Positions 55,520 to 64,000 of a DNA stretch of 64,000 bases are shown piece by piece (the stretch's first letter is position 1; each line of letters begins with the position of its first letter). The notes below the pieces were generated by a model, which had not been told where the DNA came from, did no database searches, and saw only the letters and a program-made list of their open reading frames with translations. The DNA lies in contig JACRMA010000043.1 in the NCBI GenBank assembly GCA_016235085.1, forward strand, positions 7,327 to 71,326, given 5' to 3'. Made by a program: the position numbers and the translations under genes. Source of the DNA: Candidatus Zixiibacteriota bacterium (GTDB taxonomy: Bacteria > Zixibacteria > MSB-5A5 > WJJR01).

Positions 55520-56899
55520 TTACCGAGGGGTATTGCCGCGCAGCCGGGATAGTTCCTGCCGGAGCGAATCGGCCACGCGCTGCAGCTCTTGCAAACGGCG
55601 GTCGAAGTCTGCCGCCTGGAGTCCGGAGACGGTTGCCGGATCGACAGACCGGGGCCGGTTGGCAGCGTCGGCCGAAGGGATAAACGGTGTCCCGCTGCTT
55701 CCCGAACGGGGCTGCTCGGCCGGTGAACTGGTCAGACGTGGTGACGCCTCGTTCGTAACGGCGCTCAAGTTTGGCGCGTCGGCACGTCCCAACTCGATCA
55801 CCATTTTGAGCGGGACGCCCCCCCGGATGAGATCAAACAGCATGCGCTGGCCCGGCCGTGCCTGGCTGACGACCTGGCGGAAGTGACGCACCGACCGGAT
55901 TCGCTCCCGGTCGACCGCCGTAATGACATCGCCATCGAGCATCCCCGATTTCTGAGCCGGGGTCTTTTCGACTACATCCGACACCAGCACGCCTTCGCTG
56001 GTCTTGAAATGTGTGACATACCATCCGGTCAGGTCCTCAACGTAGACACCGACATAAGCACGTGGGACGGCTCCGGAGGCAATCACCCGTTCGGCGGCGC
56101 GCAGTGCGGCCTGGATCGGCACCGCCAATGACACGGATGAGGTCGGCAGTTCCAGGCGGCGGCCCGGGACCGTAATGCTGCCCCCCTCCTTCCCTGCGGG
56201 ACATTGGAGCGGATCAAGATAGAACGGTTCGGAAATCTTGGCTTTGATCAGGCCGACAACCTCGCCACGGCTGTTCACCAGCGCTCCACCCGTGCTGCCG
56301 GGCGCGACGCCCAGCGAGAGCTGGATCGTACCATCCGGGCGAAAGCCGTTGACCTCTCCCCAAGAGACGCCGCCGGAGTAACCGTACGAGTTTCCAATCG
56401 CTCCAACAAAGGATCCGACACCCAGTTCCACCGCCTCTCCAAAGCGCGGCGGTCTGAGGCCCTGAACCTTGATCTGGAGCACGGCCACTTCGTCGCTCGA
56501 CCCGAGCAGAGCCGCCTGGAACAGCCGTCCATCGGCGGTCTCGACCCAGAAATCGTCTGAGCCCTCGACAACACGGCTGCAGGTGAGAATTATGCCAGTT
56601 GTATCCAGCACAATGCCGGAGCCAACGAGCATGGACGGGTTGGGTACTCCACGGGTGATGCGGGTGCGTTCGGCGCTCTGTGTTCCGCGCACGGTGACCA
56701 TGGACGGTCCGACCGTGCTGACGATCGCGCGCAAATCACGCTCGTACATCTGGAGCACGCTGAGTGGACCGATCGAATCTGTCTGGGCACGGACGCTTGC
56801 GGGCGACGCGGCAAGCGTGGCGAACACAGCGAACAGCGCGACGGCGCGTCGGATCGGTTGGACTCTGTATTTTTGGTGTGCTGACAACCCGTTTCTCAC
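55520..56899 (-). CDS. HtrA/DegP-family trypsin-like protein with a PDZ domain; catalytic His and Ser appear substituted (pseudo-protease).
   Basis: Aligns to the DegP protease core, but TNNHVV becomes TCSRVV and GNSGGAL becomes GSTGGAL. Has a signal peptide, a PDZ-like region and a C-terminal coiled-coil-like tail. Confidence 0.65.
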   Translation of the reverse strand: MRNGLSAHQKYRVQPIRRAVALFAVFATLAASPASVRAQTDSIGPLSVLQMYERDLRAIVSTVGPSMVTVRGTQSAERTRITRGVPNPSMLVGSGIVLDTTGIILTCSRVVEGSDDFWVETADGRLFQAALLGSSDEVAVLQIKVQGLRPPRFGEAVELGVGSFVGAIGNSYGYSGGVSWGEVNGFRPDGTIQLSLGVAPGSTGGALVNSRGEVVGLIKAKISEPFYLDPLQCPAGKEGGSITVPGRRLELPTSSVSLAVPIQAALRAAERVIASGAVPRAYVGVYVEDLTGWYVTHFKTSEGVLVSDVVEKTPAQKSGMLDGDVITAVDRERIRSVRHFRQVVSQARPGQRMLFDLIRGGVPLKMVIELGRADAPNLSAVTNEASPRLTSSPAEQPRSGSSGTPFIPSADAANRPRSVDPATVSGLQAADFDRRLQELQRVADSLRQELSRLRGNTPR

Positions 56900-57080
56900 T
56901 TAAGCATCCGCCTCCTTCGGCATTCCCCCAAGCATTGTACCCCGGTTCCGGCAATCGGCGCCAGCAAGATCATTGTCCCGCATTGGCCTAAACGGGGGGA
57001 TGCTGGATTTGTGGCTCACCCCAGAAATGAAATCGGCCGCTGGGGGTAGCGGCCGAGATCACCACGCAAGTTATTTATGG

Positions 57081-57734
57081 TCAATAACTTACTTTGCGTG
57101 CCATGTCATCGGAGCGCACCACCGGCATGACGTAATTCGCCCCCGGTTTGGCGGCATTGGAATCGTCCAGTCCAACTGTCTGACTCACATAATCGTTCGG
57201 ACCCTGACTGGCATTCAGATAGAGACTTTGTAGACGGCGGGATTCAGGCGAGCTTCCATCCACGGCGAGCCAACCCGAAGGCATACCAGCCGGACGGGTT
57301 CCCGACACGAGGGTCCCGAAATATTCCAGAGTTGACTTGGGGTCGGTCGGTGCCTGCGCCTGCAAAACGTTGCTCGGGCTGCTATTGGTGCTGGCGCGAT
57401 ATGCACCGTATGAAAGCCCCAGCACAAGAATCATCGAACACACCGCCAAGACCGGGCGCCATGGACGAGAGATCATCAGTTGATACCAGGATTGGGTACG
57501 GGACGGCGCAGTCTCGGCACGGTGAATTGCCGCGCGCAATCGAAGATCGAAATCAGGACGCACCGAAACGGATTCCATCCGGCCGGCGGAGGCGGCGATC
57601 TCCGAGAAATAGAACGCCTCCCGACGGCACTCGGAGCACGAAGCGAGATGGTCATCCAAGCGCCCGCGCTGGCGCTCGGAGAGGGTACCGTCACAACGAG
57701 CGGACAGGTACCAGCGAGCCTTGCGACAACGCAC
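57081..57734 (-). CDS. Anti-sigma factor (zf-HC2 N-terminal domain, single TM, periplasmic C-terminal domain).
   Basis: HLASCSECRREA zinc-finger anti-sigma motif at the N-terminus. Lies immediately downstream of, and overlaps, the ECF sigma gene. Confidence 0.6.
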   Translation of the reverse strand: MRCRKARWYLSARCDGTLSERQRGRLDDHLASCSECRREAFYFSEIAASAGRMESVSVRPDFDLRLRAAIHRAETAPSRTQSWYQLMISRPWRPVLAVCSMILVLGLSYGAYRASTNSSPSNVLQAQAPTDPKSTLEYFGTLVSGTRPAGMPSGWLAVDGSSPESRRLQSLYLNASQGPNDYVSQTVGLDDSNAAKPGANYVMPVVRSDDMARKVSY

Positions 57735-58287
57735 GGGATTGCTCCAGTTTCGGTTTGAGTTGTTCTTTCAGTTCCGCCCGCGCGCGGTTCACACGCGACT
57801 TGACGGTGCCGAGTGGGACACCCAATATCTGGGCGACTTCCTCGTAGGACATCTGCTCGACGTCACGCAGCAGGAATGCCGTCTTGTATTTGGCCGGCAA
57901 ACCGGAAATGGCCTGTTGCAGCATGTGGCCCAGCGCGGATGGCCCCATTTTCGGATCGGGGAGCTCCACGCCCTTGCTGGCCAGATCGAGCATATTGATG
58001 AACTTGAACTTGCGATAGCGGCGCAGTTCGTTCTTCGCCAGGTTTAATGCGATTGTGTAAATCCAGGTCGAAAGACAGTACGAGAAATCGTAGTCCTGAC
58101 GGTGAGTCCAGACACGCAGGAAAGTCTCCTGCACCAAATCCTCGGCCTCACTCTGATCGTTGAGCATTCTGTAGATGAGATTGACCAGGCGGGACTTGTA
58201 GCGCCCCACCAGTTCTTCGAAAGCATCGTAATCGTCCTGTTGGACGCGCCGCATTAGGGCATGGTCGACTGCTTTTTGGGTATCCAT
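57691..58287 (-). CDS. ECF (sigma-24 / RpoE-like) RNA polymerase sigma factor.
   Basis: Region 2 (LVQETFLRVW) and region 4 (MSYEEVAQILGVPLGTVKSRVNRAR) motifs. Start ATG 58287 with GGAGAA upstream. Confidence 0.85.
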   Translation of the reverse strand: MDTQKAVDHALMRRVQQDDYDAFEELVGRYKSRLVNLIYRMLNDQSEAEDLVQETFLRVWTHRQDYDFSYCLSTWIYTIALNLAKNELRRYRKFKFINMLDLASKGVELPDPKMGPSALGHMLQQAISGLPAKYKTAFLLRDVEQMSYEEVAQILGVPLGTVKSRVNRARAELKEQLKPKLEQSRALSQGSLVPVRSL

Positions 58288-58640
58288 CGGGTTCTCCAAT
58301 GAGACCTGATCGCCAACGTTCTTGCTAATATACACGGCAACCCTCGTTCCGTTCCGGAGTACTCTACGGAGAATTCTAACAATTTCAATGGGATTTTGTG
58401 CCTGGGAATCCGGGCATTACGTACAATACGCTGTCGTCCAACATGTTACGCATGCCTGCCATCGACCTCGCCGAGGAGTGCGGATTGACATCTATTGAGG
58501 CTTTCGGGTGATCTCCAAACTGCCATTGCATCAATTTGAGGCGTTTTCGATTTCGAATTGTGCGTAGACTGGGGCTCCGGGGATGCTCCCCACCGGTCCC
58601 TTGAGCAACGGGGGACGGATTATCAGGAGTTTTCGGACCA

Positions 58641-59978
58641 GTGTCGATAGATCAAGCCCTTGCATTGAATTCTGCCCGAGCCGGCTTGTCCGGGGCCACT
58701 GCGTTGCTACAGAGCCGTTGGCCGAGGCACGGCCTCGGGGTCGCGGACATTGTGACCGGGGCGTGTCTGATGCGATTTGCCGCAGCTGGAAATCGCTGGG
58801 TATGCGAGAGGCGCGATGGAGCGATCTGTGAGATTGAAACCGGGGAGCCGCTCGAAGGCCTCGAGCGAATCCTGGGCAACGTATCGAGGCACCACCCGGA
58901 AGCAGGCGCCATCGGCTACATCTCGTACGAGGCGGGATACCGGTGGGTCGGATTATCACTGCCTGAATTTCGCGCCGGCGCCTTCCCGATTCCGGAGATG
59001 CAGTTTCTGGTGTTCGACTGCATTCGGTCAGACACCCGTTCCCGCAATCCGGAGTTCGCAACAGCAGGCAAAGCGGTTTACGCTGAACACGACCTGCTGG
59101 CGATGGCCCGCGCCGACAAGGTCCAACCGATCGTTGATCGCATGGCATACGTGGACGCAATCACACGAATCAAGGAATACATCAGCGCCGGGGACATCTA
59201 TCAGGCGAATTACACGCAGGCGTTCGATGTGCAAACCGACCGCGATGGACTCGAGATCTACGAGGACCTGGCGGCATCGAATCCGGCGCCGTTCGCGGCG
59301 TATCTGCGATTTCCCCCCCTCCATTGGATATCAGCCGATGGCGCTGGTTGGGACTTCCCCGCATGCGAGATCATTAGCAACTCACCGGAGCGATTCTGGA
59401 AGAAGAGTGGTTCGGTGGTCGAGACGCGGCCAATCAAGGGGACAATCGCACGCGGACGAACTGGCACTCTGGATCGGGAAAACCTGCGCATCCTTATGTC
59501 GAGCGACAAGGATCGGGCAGAACTGCTGATGATCACTGATCTGGAGCGCAACGATTTGGGGCGGGTGGCCCAGACGGGATCGGTCAAAGTGGAGGCGCTG
59601 CGCCGGGCACGAGCCTGCCCATCGATCTGGCATCTGGAATCAATTGTCACCGCGCAAGTCGGGCCGGAAGTGAAGTGGCCGGAGATTATGCGCGCGATGT
59701 TCCCTGGCGGGTCGATCACGGGTGCCCCGAAACGCCGTGCGATCGAGATTCTGCGCGGGCTTGAGCCGGTCCCGCGCGGAGTTTACTGCGGCGCGATTGG
59801 GTGGATCGGCGCCAAGGGCGACGCGGACTTTTCCATTGCGATTCGCACGGCCCTGAAAGTCGGCCGGCACGTTCGTGTGCACGGTGGTGGCGGGATCGTG
59901 GCAGACTCGGATCCTTTGGCAGAATATCACGAGTCATTGATCAAGATCGCGCCACTCCTGGAGTGTCTCTGCCGATAA
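58641..59978 (+). CDS. pabB: Aminodeoxychorismate synthase component I (chorismate-binding enzyme family).
   Basis: Chorismate-binding C-terminal motifs (TGAPKRRAIEIL, GVYCGAIGW) and the adjacent pabC. Confidence 0.75.
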   Translation: MSIDQALALNSARAGLSGATALLQSRWPRHGLGVADIVTGACLMRFAAAGNRWVCERRDGAICEIETGEPLEGLERILGNVSRHHPEAGAIGYISYEAGYRWVGLSLPEFRAGAFPIPEMQFLVFDCIRSDTRSRNPEFATAGKAVYAEHDLLAMARADKVQPIVDRMAYVDAITRIKEYISAGDIYQANYTQAFDVQTDRDGLEIYEDLAASNPAPFAAYLRFPPLHWISADGAGWDFPACEIISNSPERFWKKSGSVVETRPIKGTIARGRTGTLDRENLRILMSSDKDRAELLMITDLERNDLGRVAQTGSVKVEALRRARACPSIWHLESIVTAQVGPEVKWPEIMRAMFPGGSITGAPKRRAIEILRGLEPVPRGVYCGAIGWIGAKGDADFSIAIRTALKVGRHVRVHGGGGIVADSDPLAEYHESLIKIAPLLECLCR

Positions 59979-60004
59979 TGACTGGAGAAGGGGTGGCGTA
60001 ATCC

Positions 60005-60895
60005 ATGGCATCAGTAGCGACTTTGAAGTCCAAGCGACGGACCGTTGTTTCCATCGATGGGCGGTTGGTGGCAGGCGGACAAGCTCGCATCGGCATTGAC
60101 GACTGGGGATTCCGCTACGGCTGGGGCGCGTTTGAGACCATTCGCGTTTCCGGCGGCCAACCGGTCTTCCTGGAACGCCATCTGGAGCGTTTTGGCAGGA
60201 CAGCCAGAGCACTTCTGCTCACCGGGGAGGACGAAGCCAAGTGGTGGCGTCGCTCAACTGTAACGGTACTAAGCCACGCGGGCCGTGGGGAACGAGTTCT
60301 GAATCTGTATTGGACGCGCGGTGAGGCCCCCCTGTTCCACGGGCGGCGAATCCTATGTCTTCGCCCATTGTCAGCGCCGAGCCATGCCGAAGCACGAATT
60401 TGGATTGCACCCTGGCGGATCGGTGCGGGTGTTCCGGGAATCGGCGCCAAGACGCTGGCGTATCTCCCTTACACGTTTTCGAGCATCTGTGCAGCAGAGG
60501 CTGATTGTACCGACGCCATCTTGTTGAATAGCAGGGGCAAGGTCGCGGATGGTTCCTCGGCCTCTGTCTTCCTGATTGCCGAGGGCCGGCTGCTCACGCC
60601 ACCGCTCACAGACGGAGCATTGCCGGGGATCACTCGGGGTGTGGTCATGGAGTTGGCCAGTCAGTCCGGGATTCCAGTGCGGCAGATCTCACTGACTCAG
60701 AAAAGACTCGAGAGCGCGGATGGGATTTTCCTGACGTCGTCGCTACGCGGCCTGCGGGCGGTGACGCGAGTCAATGAACAGAAAGTGTCGATGTCCGCGG
60801 ATGCCCGGCGAATATTCCTGCGAATCAAGAGAGCCTACGCTGCCGAAGTTGCCAGGGATGTAGCGCTGTTCCGCAATCAGGGAGCAACGGCGTAG
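60005..60895 (+). CDS. pabC: Aminodeoxychorismate lyase (class IV aminotransferase fold).
   Basis: Family-level similarity; 27 nt downstream of pabB. Confidence 0.7.
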   Translation: MASVATLKSKRRTVVSIDGRLVAGGQARIGIDDWGFRYGWGAFETIRVSGGQPVFLERHLERFGRTARALLLTGEDEAKWWRRSTVTVLSHAGRGERVLNLYWTRGEAPLFHGRRILCLRPLSAPSHAEARIWIAPWRIGAGVPGIGAKTLAYLPYTFSSICAAEADCTDAILLNSRGKVADGSSASVFLIAEGRLLTPPLTDGALPGITRGVVMELASQSGIPVRQISLTQKRLESADGIFLTSSLRGLRAVTRVNEQKVSMSADARRIFLRIKRAYAAEVARDVALFRNQGATA

Positions 60896-60962
60896 CGAGA
60901 CCATCCTGGAGTTTCGTTTAGTTCGCTACGCCACCGCGCGCCTTCGCAGGATCAGTCCGGCC

Positions 60963-63900
60963 CTACCAACACGGAGCCGGACCATTCTGGAAGGCGTAAC
61001 TGATCAGATGGATTATGTCGAGGAGATCGACATTCCCGTCACAGTTCACGTCGGCACGGTCCGCCGGTTCGGGAGACGGTGCACCATTGTAGACGATTTC
61101 GATCGAGGCAATCACGTCGAGTACGTCGATGATCCAATCGTCGTTCAGTTCACCTCGCGTTGGTGGCGCCAGACGGAAAGACGACGTGTCCGCCGCACCC
61201 CCGAATTTTAGCGCAGACGAACTGAAGCTGATTCGATGGCGAACTTCCGCGTGACCGTCGATTCCGATTCCGGTCAGGTAGCTGCCAGGGTCACCGATGA
61301 GCACCCAGGTGATCCTGTATGTGCCGGTGTCGGGCGAGGCAATGATGACACGCGAATCAGGCAATCCACCCCCGTCCCAGTCGGTCAAGGAGTCATAGAC
61401 AGCCCGTGACCCAAAAGTATTGATCGCTGGTCCGATCGTGTCCCTTTTGCCCTGCGCATTCGCCGGGCTGATGACTATCACCTGCAGGGCGGGAGACAAA
61501 GCACCGAACCCACTGGTTTTGATCCCGACCGGGACCAACTCGCTGTAAGCGGTGATCCGCAACGGATCGGGAGTGAGGAGTTTGTTGACCGAGAATTCCG
61601 ACGTGTTCCCCGCGGAATCGGTCGCCGTCGCCGTAACTTGCGACCATTCCGGTCGTGCGACTGAACCGAATTGGAACTTGCCGAAGCCGTCCGCGGTCGC
61701 CGATCCAAGGAATTGGTACGCAGGACCGTGGTTCAACGAGCCCGGTTGGAGTGAGGGGTTCCCGAATTCGGCGGCCAGGTACAACTCCACTTTTGCGCGA
61801 GGATGGGCGGTGCCAAACACAGTGAAAGTATCCGCGCCGACTTGAAAGACGGAATCAAACTCGGGGTAGTTGAGCCGGGCATTCGGCCCGCTGTCGAGAT
61901 CACCCGTATCATTGATTGTCGTGCCGTCGTTTCCGATGTCGATCCAAGGTACCGATTTTTGCGCAAGCAGACCCGAGTGAGCGTAGAATCTGCACCTCGT
62001 GATTGTGTTCGAGTCGGAACCTGAACCGGACACCGCCACCGAGGGCCCGATGAAGTTTGCCATTGCCAGCCCAACGATGCGATTGTTCGAAGACTGGATG
62101 TGTAGTCCGGGGACCGTATCCCCCCAGGCATAGGAGAAGTAGCCCCACAAAATCACACTCGGTTTCGACGGTGGCAGCGCTCCAGGGGCGCTGAAGCCAT
62201 CGATTACTGTTCCACCCGACAGGTCCGTCAATGGAGGAAGGGGTGTTTCCGGCTGAATGATCCCGGACGCGGTGAACGTGATGGTGTCGACGCCCTCATG
62301 CGCGTTTGCGGCCAAGATCGCCCACCGAAGGGAGCCATCGCCGGTGTCGGCTGTGTTGGAAACGACCAGCGAGGAGGTCGACATTAGCGTCAAATCGGCA
62401 GAGAACTCCGATGTATTTCCTGAGGTGTCGGTCGCGGTCGCCTCAACAACCAGTGGCCATGGCGCAGGGACTGAGTCGATGCGGAACTTGCCGGCGACAT
62501 CTGCAGATACCGAATCGATGAACTGACAAGACACACCACGATTGGTGAGGGCAGGCGGACACGTATGACCGTCGTAGAAACCGCGGGCCGCATACAATTC
62601 GACTCGCGATAAGGGCGGGGCCGTTCCAAAGATCGAGAAGATGTCCACGTCGAATTCGACCAACGAATCGAACACCGGATGATTGACCAGCATGTTGGGG
62701 CCAATGTCCGCATCACCGGGATCGTTCGGAGTCGGCCCGTCATTCGAAAGGTCTATTCCCTGACCCGTGTTGTTGAACAGGCATCCCATGATCGTGTTGG
62801 AGATCGCGTGAGGACCCGTAATCGCAATGCCAGGGCCGTCCAATCCGCCAATCACCAGGCCCTCGATTCGATTCTGTGAGGATTGCACGACCAATCCGGG
62901 ACCAGAGACTGGAGCGGCATTCCCATCTCCCCGGATTTCAAAGCCCGGAGACATCGGACTTCCGGTTCCAGGTGGTTTCAATCCGAGAATGGTTGTCCCG
63001 CCCGTCAGGTCGGACAATGGGGGAAGGGGACGGTCCAACTGGAGCGAAAAGGATGATGCAGAAAAGGTGATCGTATCGGGACCCGGATTCGCGTTAGCGT
63101 AAGCAATGGCAGACCGGAGTGAACCGATCCCCTTATCATCCTCCCTGTCCACGGCATCAAGAGCGGCGATGCACGAGTTCAATCGGATGGAGATGGTATT
63201 GTCACCGGAGTTGGCGATAACGAGATCGGGACTCCCACTCACATCGAAATCGGCGACCGCCACCGCTGATGGCAGGGAGCTGGTCAGGGAATTCACAGTT
63301 GTGAAGAAGTTCCCACAGCAGTCGTTCTGCAAAATTACGAGTCTATTACTGCCACGATTGGTGATCGCCAGATCAAGGTAGCCATCACCGGTCAGATCGG
63401 CTGCACTGATCGAGGCGGGCATCGAATCTGCCGGAAAATTCTGAGGGGCGTCAAATGTCCCGTCTCCCCTGTTCCGGAGGATTGAAACGTCGTTGCTTCC
63501 CTCATTGGCCACCGCCAGATCAATATCCAGATCAAAGGTCAATTGCGCAGCAACAAGTGCGATGGGGTTCGCGCCAGCACTATAGTGGACGGCGGCGCTG
63601 AACGTGGCATTGCCATTATTGATCAAAACCGTCACATCCCCGCCGCCGTGATTCGAGACGACCAAATCGAGGTAGCCATCGCGGTCGACATCCGCAACTA
63701 CGACACCACTTGGATTGATTCCCGCTGTGTAGCTAACTGAGGAGGCGAAAGTACCGTTCTGATTGTTCGTGAGGACAGAGACATTGTTGCTGCCGGAGTT
63801 GGCAACAGCGAGGTCGAAATAGCCATCGGCGTCAAGATCGGCCACGCAGGTGGCCGCGGGACCGGAGCCTGCAGGGCAGTTAACCGGCGAGAGGAAGGTG

Positions 63901-64000
63901 CCGTCTCCGTTGTTGTGCAGCAGGGAGACGTTGTCACTGCCCTTGTTGGCGACTGCCAGATCGACTGCCCCATCGCGATCGAGGTCCGCAGCCACGATGG
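60963..64000 (-). CDS. FG-GAP/VCBS-repeat beta-propeller protein with a C-terminal double dockerin-like module; partial, N-terminus beyond the window end.
   Basis: Repeated DLDxDGYxDLAVANxGSNNVSVL FG-GAP-like units. C-terminus ELNDDWIIDVLDVIASIEIVY...DVNCDGNVDLLDIIHLISYAFQNGPAPCW. Confidence 0.65.
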   Translation of the reverse strand, partial: IVAADLDRDGAVDLAVANKGSDNVSLLHNNGDGTFLSPVNCPAGSGPAATCVADLDADGYFDLAVANSGSNNVSVLTNNQNGTFASSVSYTAGINPSGVVVADVDRDGYLDLVVSNHGGGDVTVLINNGNATFSAAVHYSAGANPIALVAAQLTFDLDIDLAVANEGSNDVSILRNRGDGTFDAPQNFPADSMPASISAADLTGDGYLDLAITNRGSNRLVILQNDCCGNFFTTVNSLTSSLPSAVAVADFDVSGSPDLVIANSGDNTISIRLNSCIAALDAVDREDDKGIGSLRSAIAYANANPGPDTITFSASSFSLQLDRPLPPLSDLTGGTTILGLKPPGTGSPMSPGFEIRGDGNAAPVSGPGLVVQSSQNRIEGLVIGGLDGPGIAITGPHAISNTIMGCLFNNTGQGIDLSNDGPTPNDPGDADIGPNMLVNHPVFDSLVEFDVDIFSIFGTAPPLSRVELYAARGFYDGHTCPPALTNRGVSCQFIDSVSADVAGKFRIDSVPAPWPLVVEATATDTSGNTSEFSADLTLMSTSSLVVSNTADTGDGSLRWAILAANAHEGVDTITFTASGIIQPETPLPPLTDLSGGTVIDGFSAPGALPPSKPSVILWGYFSYAWGDTVPGLHIQSSNNRIVGLAMANFIGPSVAVSGSGSDSNTITRCRFYAHSGLLAQKSVPWIDIGNDGTTINDTGDLDSGPNARLNYPEFDSVFQVGADTFTVFGTAHPRAKVELYLAAEFGNPSLQPGSLNHGPAYQFLGSATADGFGKFQFGSVARPEWSQVTATATDSAGNTSEFSVNKLLTPDPLRITAYSELVPVGIKTSGFGALSPALQVIVISPANAQGKRDTIGPAINTFGSRAVYDSLTDWDGGGLPDSRVIIASPDTGTYRITWVLIGDPGSYLTGIGIDGHAEVRHRISFSSSALKFGGAADTSSFRLAPPTRGELNDDWIIDVLDVIASIEIVYNGAPSPEPADRADVNCDGNVDLLDIIHLISYAFQNGPAPCW

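Noticed and set aside
57691-57734. 44-nt overlap between the ECF sigma stop and the anti-sigma start, considered as evidence against the anti-sigma call
   Set aside because: The zf-HC2 motif begins right at the first Met, so the overlap is more likely real (or the start is a nearby alternative codon) than the gene being spurious.

Overview
This 64 kb window is high-GC, Gram-negative-type bacterial DNA. T9SS C-terminal sorting domains, a Kdo/LPS operon, tamA–tamB and many sigma-independent-looking hairpins point to an uncultivated FCB-superphylum lineage, probably a metagenome-assembled contig. All annotation is by eye from the six-frame ORF track and motif recall; nothing was computed.

Layout:
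- Bases 1–13,460, minus strand: the 5' 13.4 kb of one giant secreted adhesin gene. It consists of about 44 near-identical 279-bp (93-aa) cadherin-like/He_PIG tandem repeats and runs off the window start. Within the window it is broken by an in-frame TAA, a 37-bp tandem duplication and an intra-repeat deletion, so it is either a decaying pseudogene or a mis-assembled repeat.
- 13.5–22.3 kb: two large T9SS-CTD proteins that combine cohesin-like and dockerin-like modules with Ig/He_PIG domains. They are followed by a 1.6 kb lower-GC non-coding gap and a small dockerin-only protein. A fourth dockerin-tailed FG-GAP protein lies at the window end. Together these look like a T9SS-exported cohesin–dockerin cell-surface scaffold system, which is the most interesting candidate system in the window.
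- 22.6–29.5 kb, minus strand: rpmE, a DUF1385 gene, prfA, tldD, tldE, a small Tat-signal ORF and prmC.
- 29.6–37.2 kb: an aconitase-family (fused LeuCD-type) gene and an HD-like gene, then a three-gene citryl-CoA lyase / SCS-alpha-like / SCS-beta-like (ATP-grasp) set resembling the two-step citrate-cleavage system of the reductive TCA cycle. The ATP-grasp subunit carries an unusual C-terminal 2x[4Fe-4S] ferredoxin domain. A divergent IDH-family dehydrogenase follows.
- 37.2–43.5 kb, minus strand: lptC, kdsD, kdsC, kdsA, pyrG, kdsB and gatC.
- 43.6–64 kb: an M24 peptidase, a thioesterase–NUDIX fusion, three small unknown genes, mnmA, an iscS-like gene apparently missing its PLP-lysine segment, a C26 amidotransferase, tamA/tamB, an HtrA-like pseudo-protease next to an ECF sigma/anti-sigma pair, and pabB/pabC.

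Several families of GC-rich palindromic (REP/MITE-like) repeats are scattered through the intergenic regions. Domain calls would need HMM searches to confirm.
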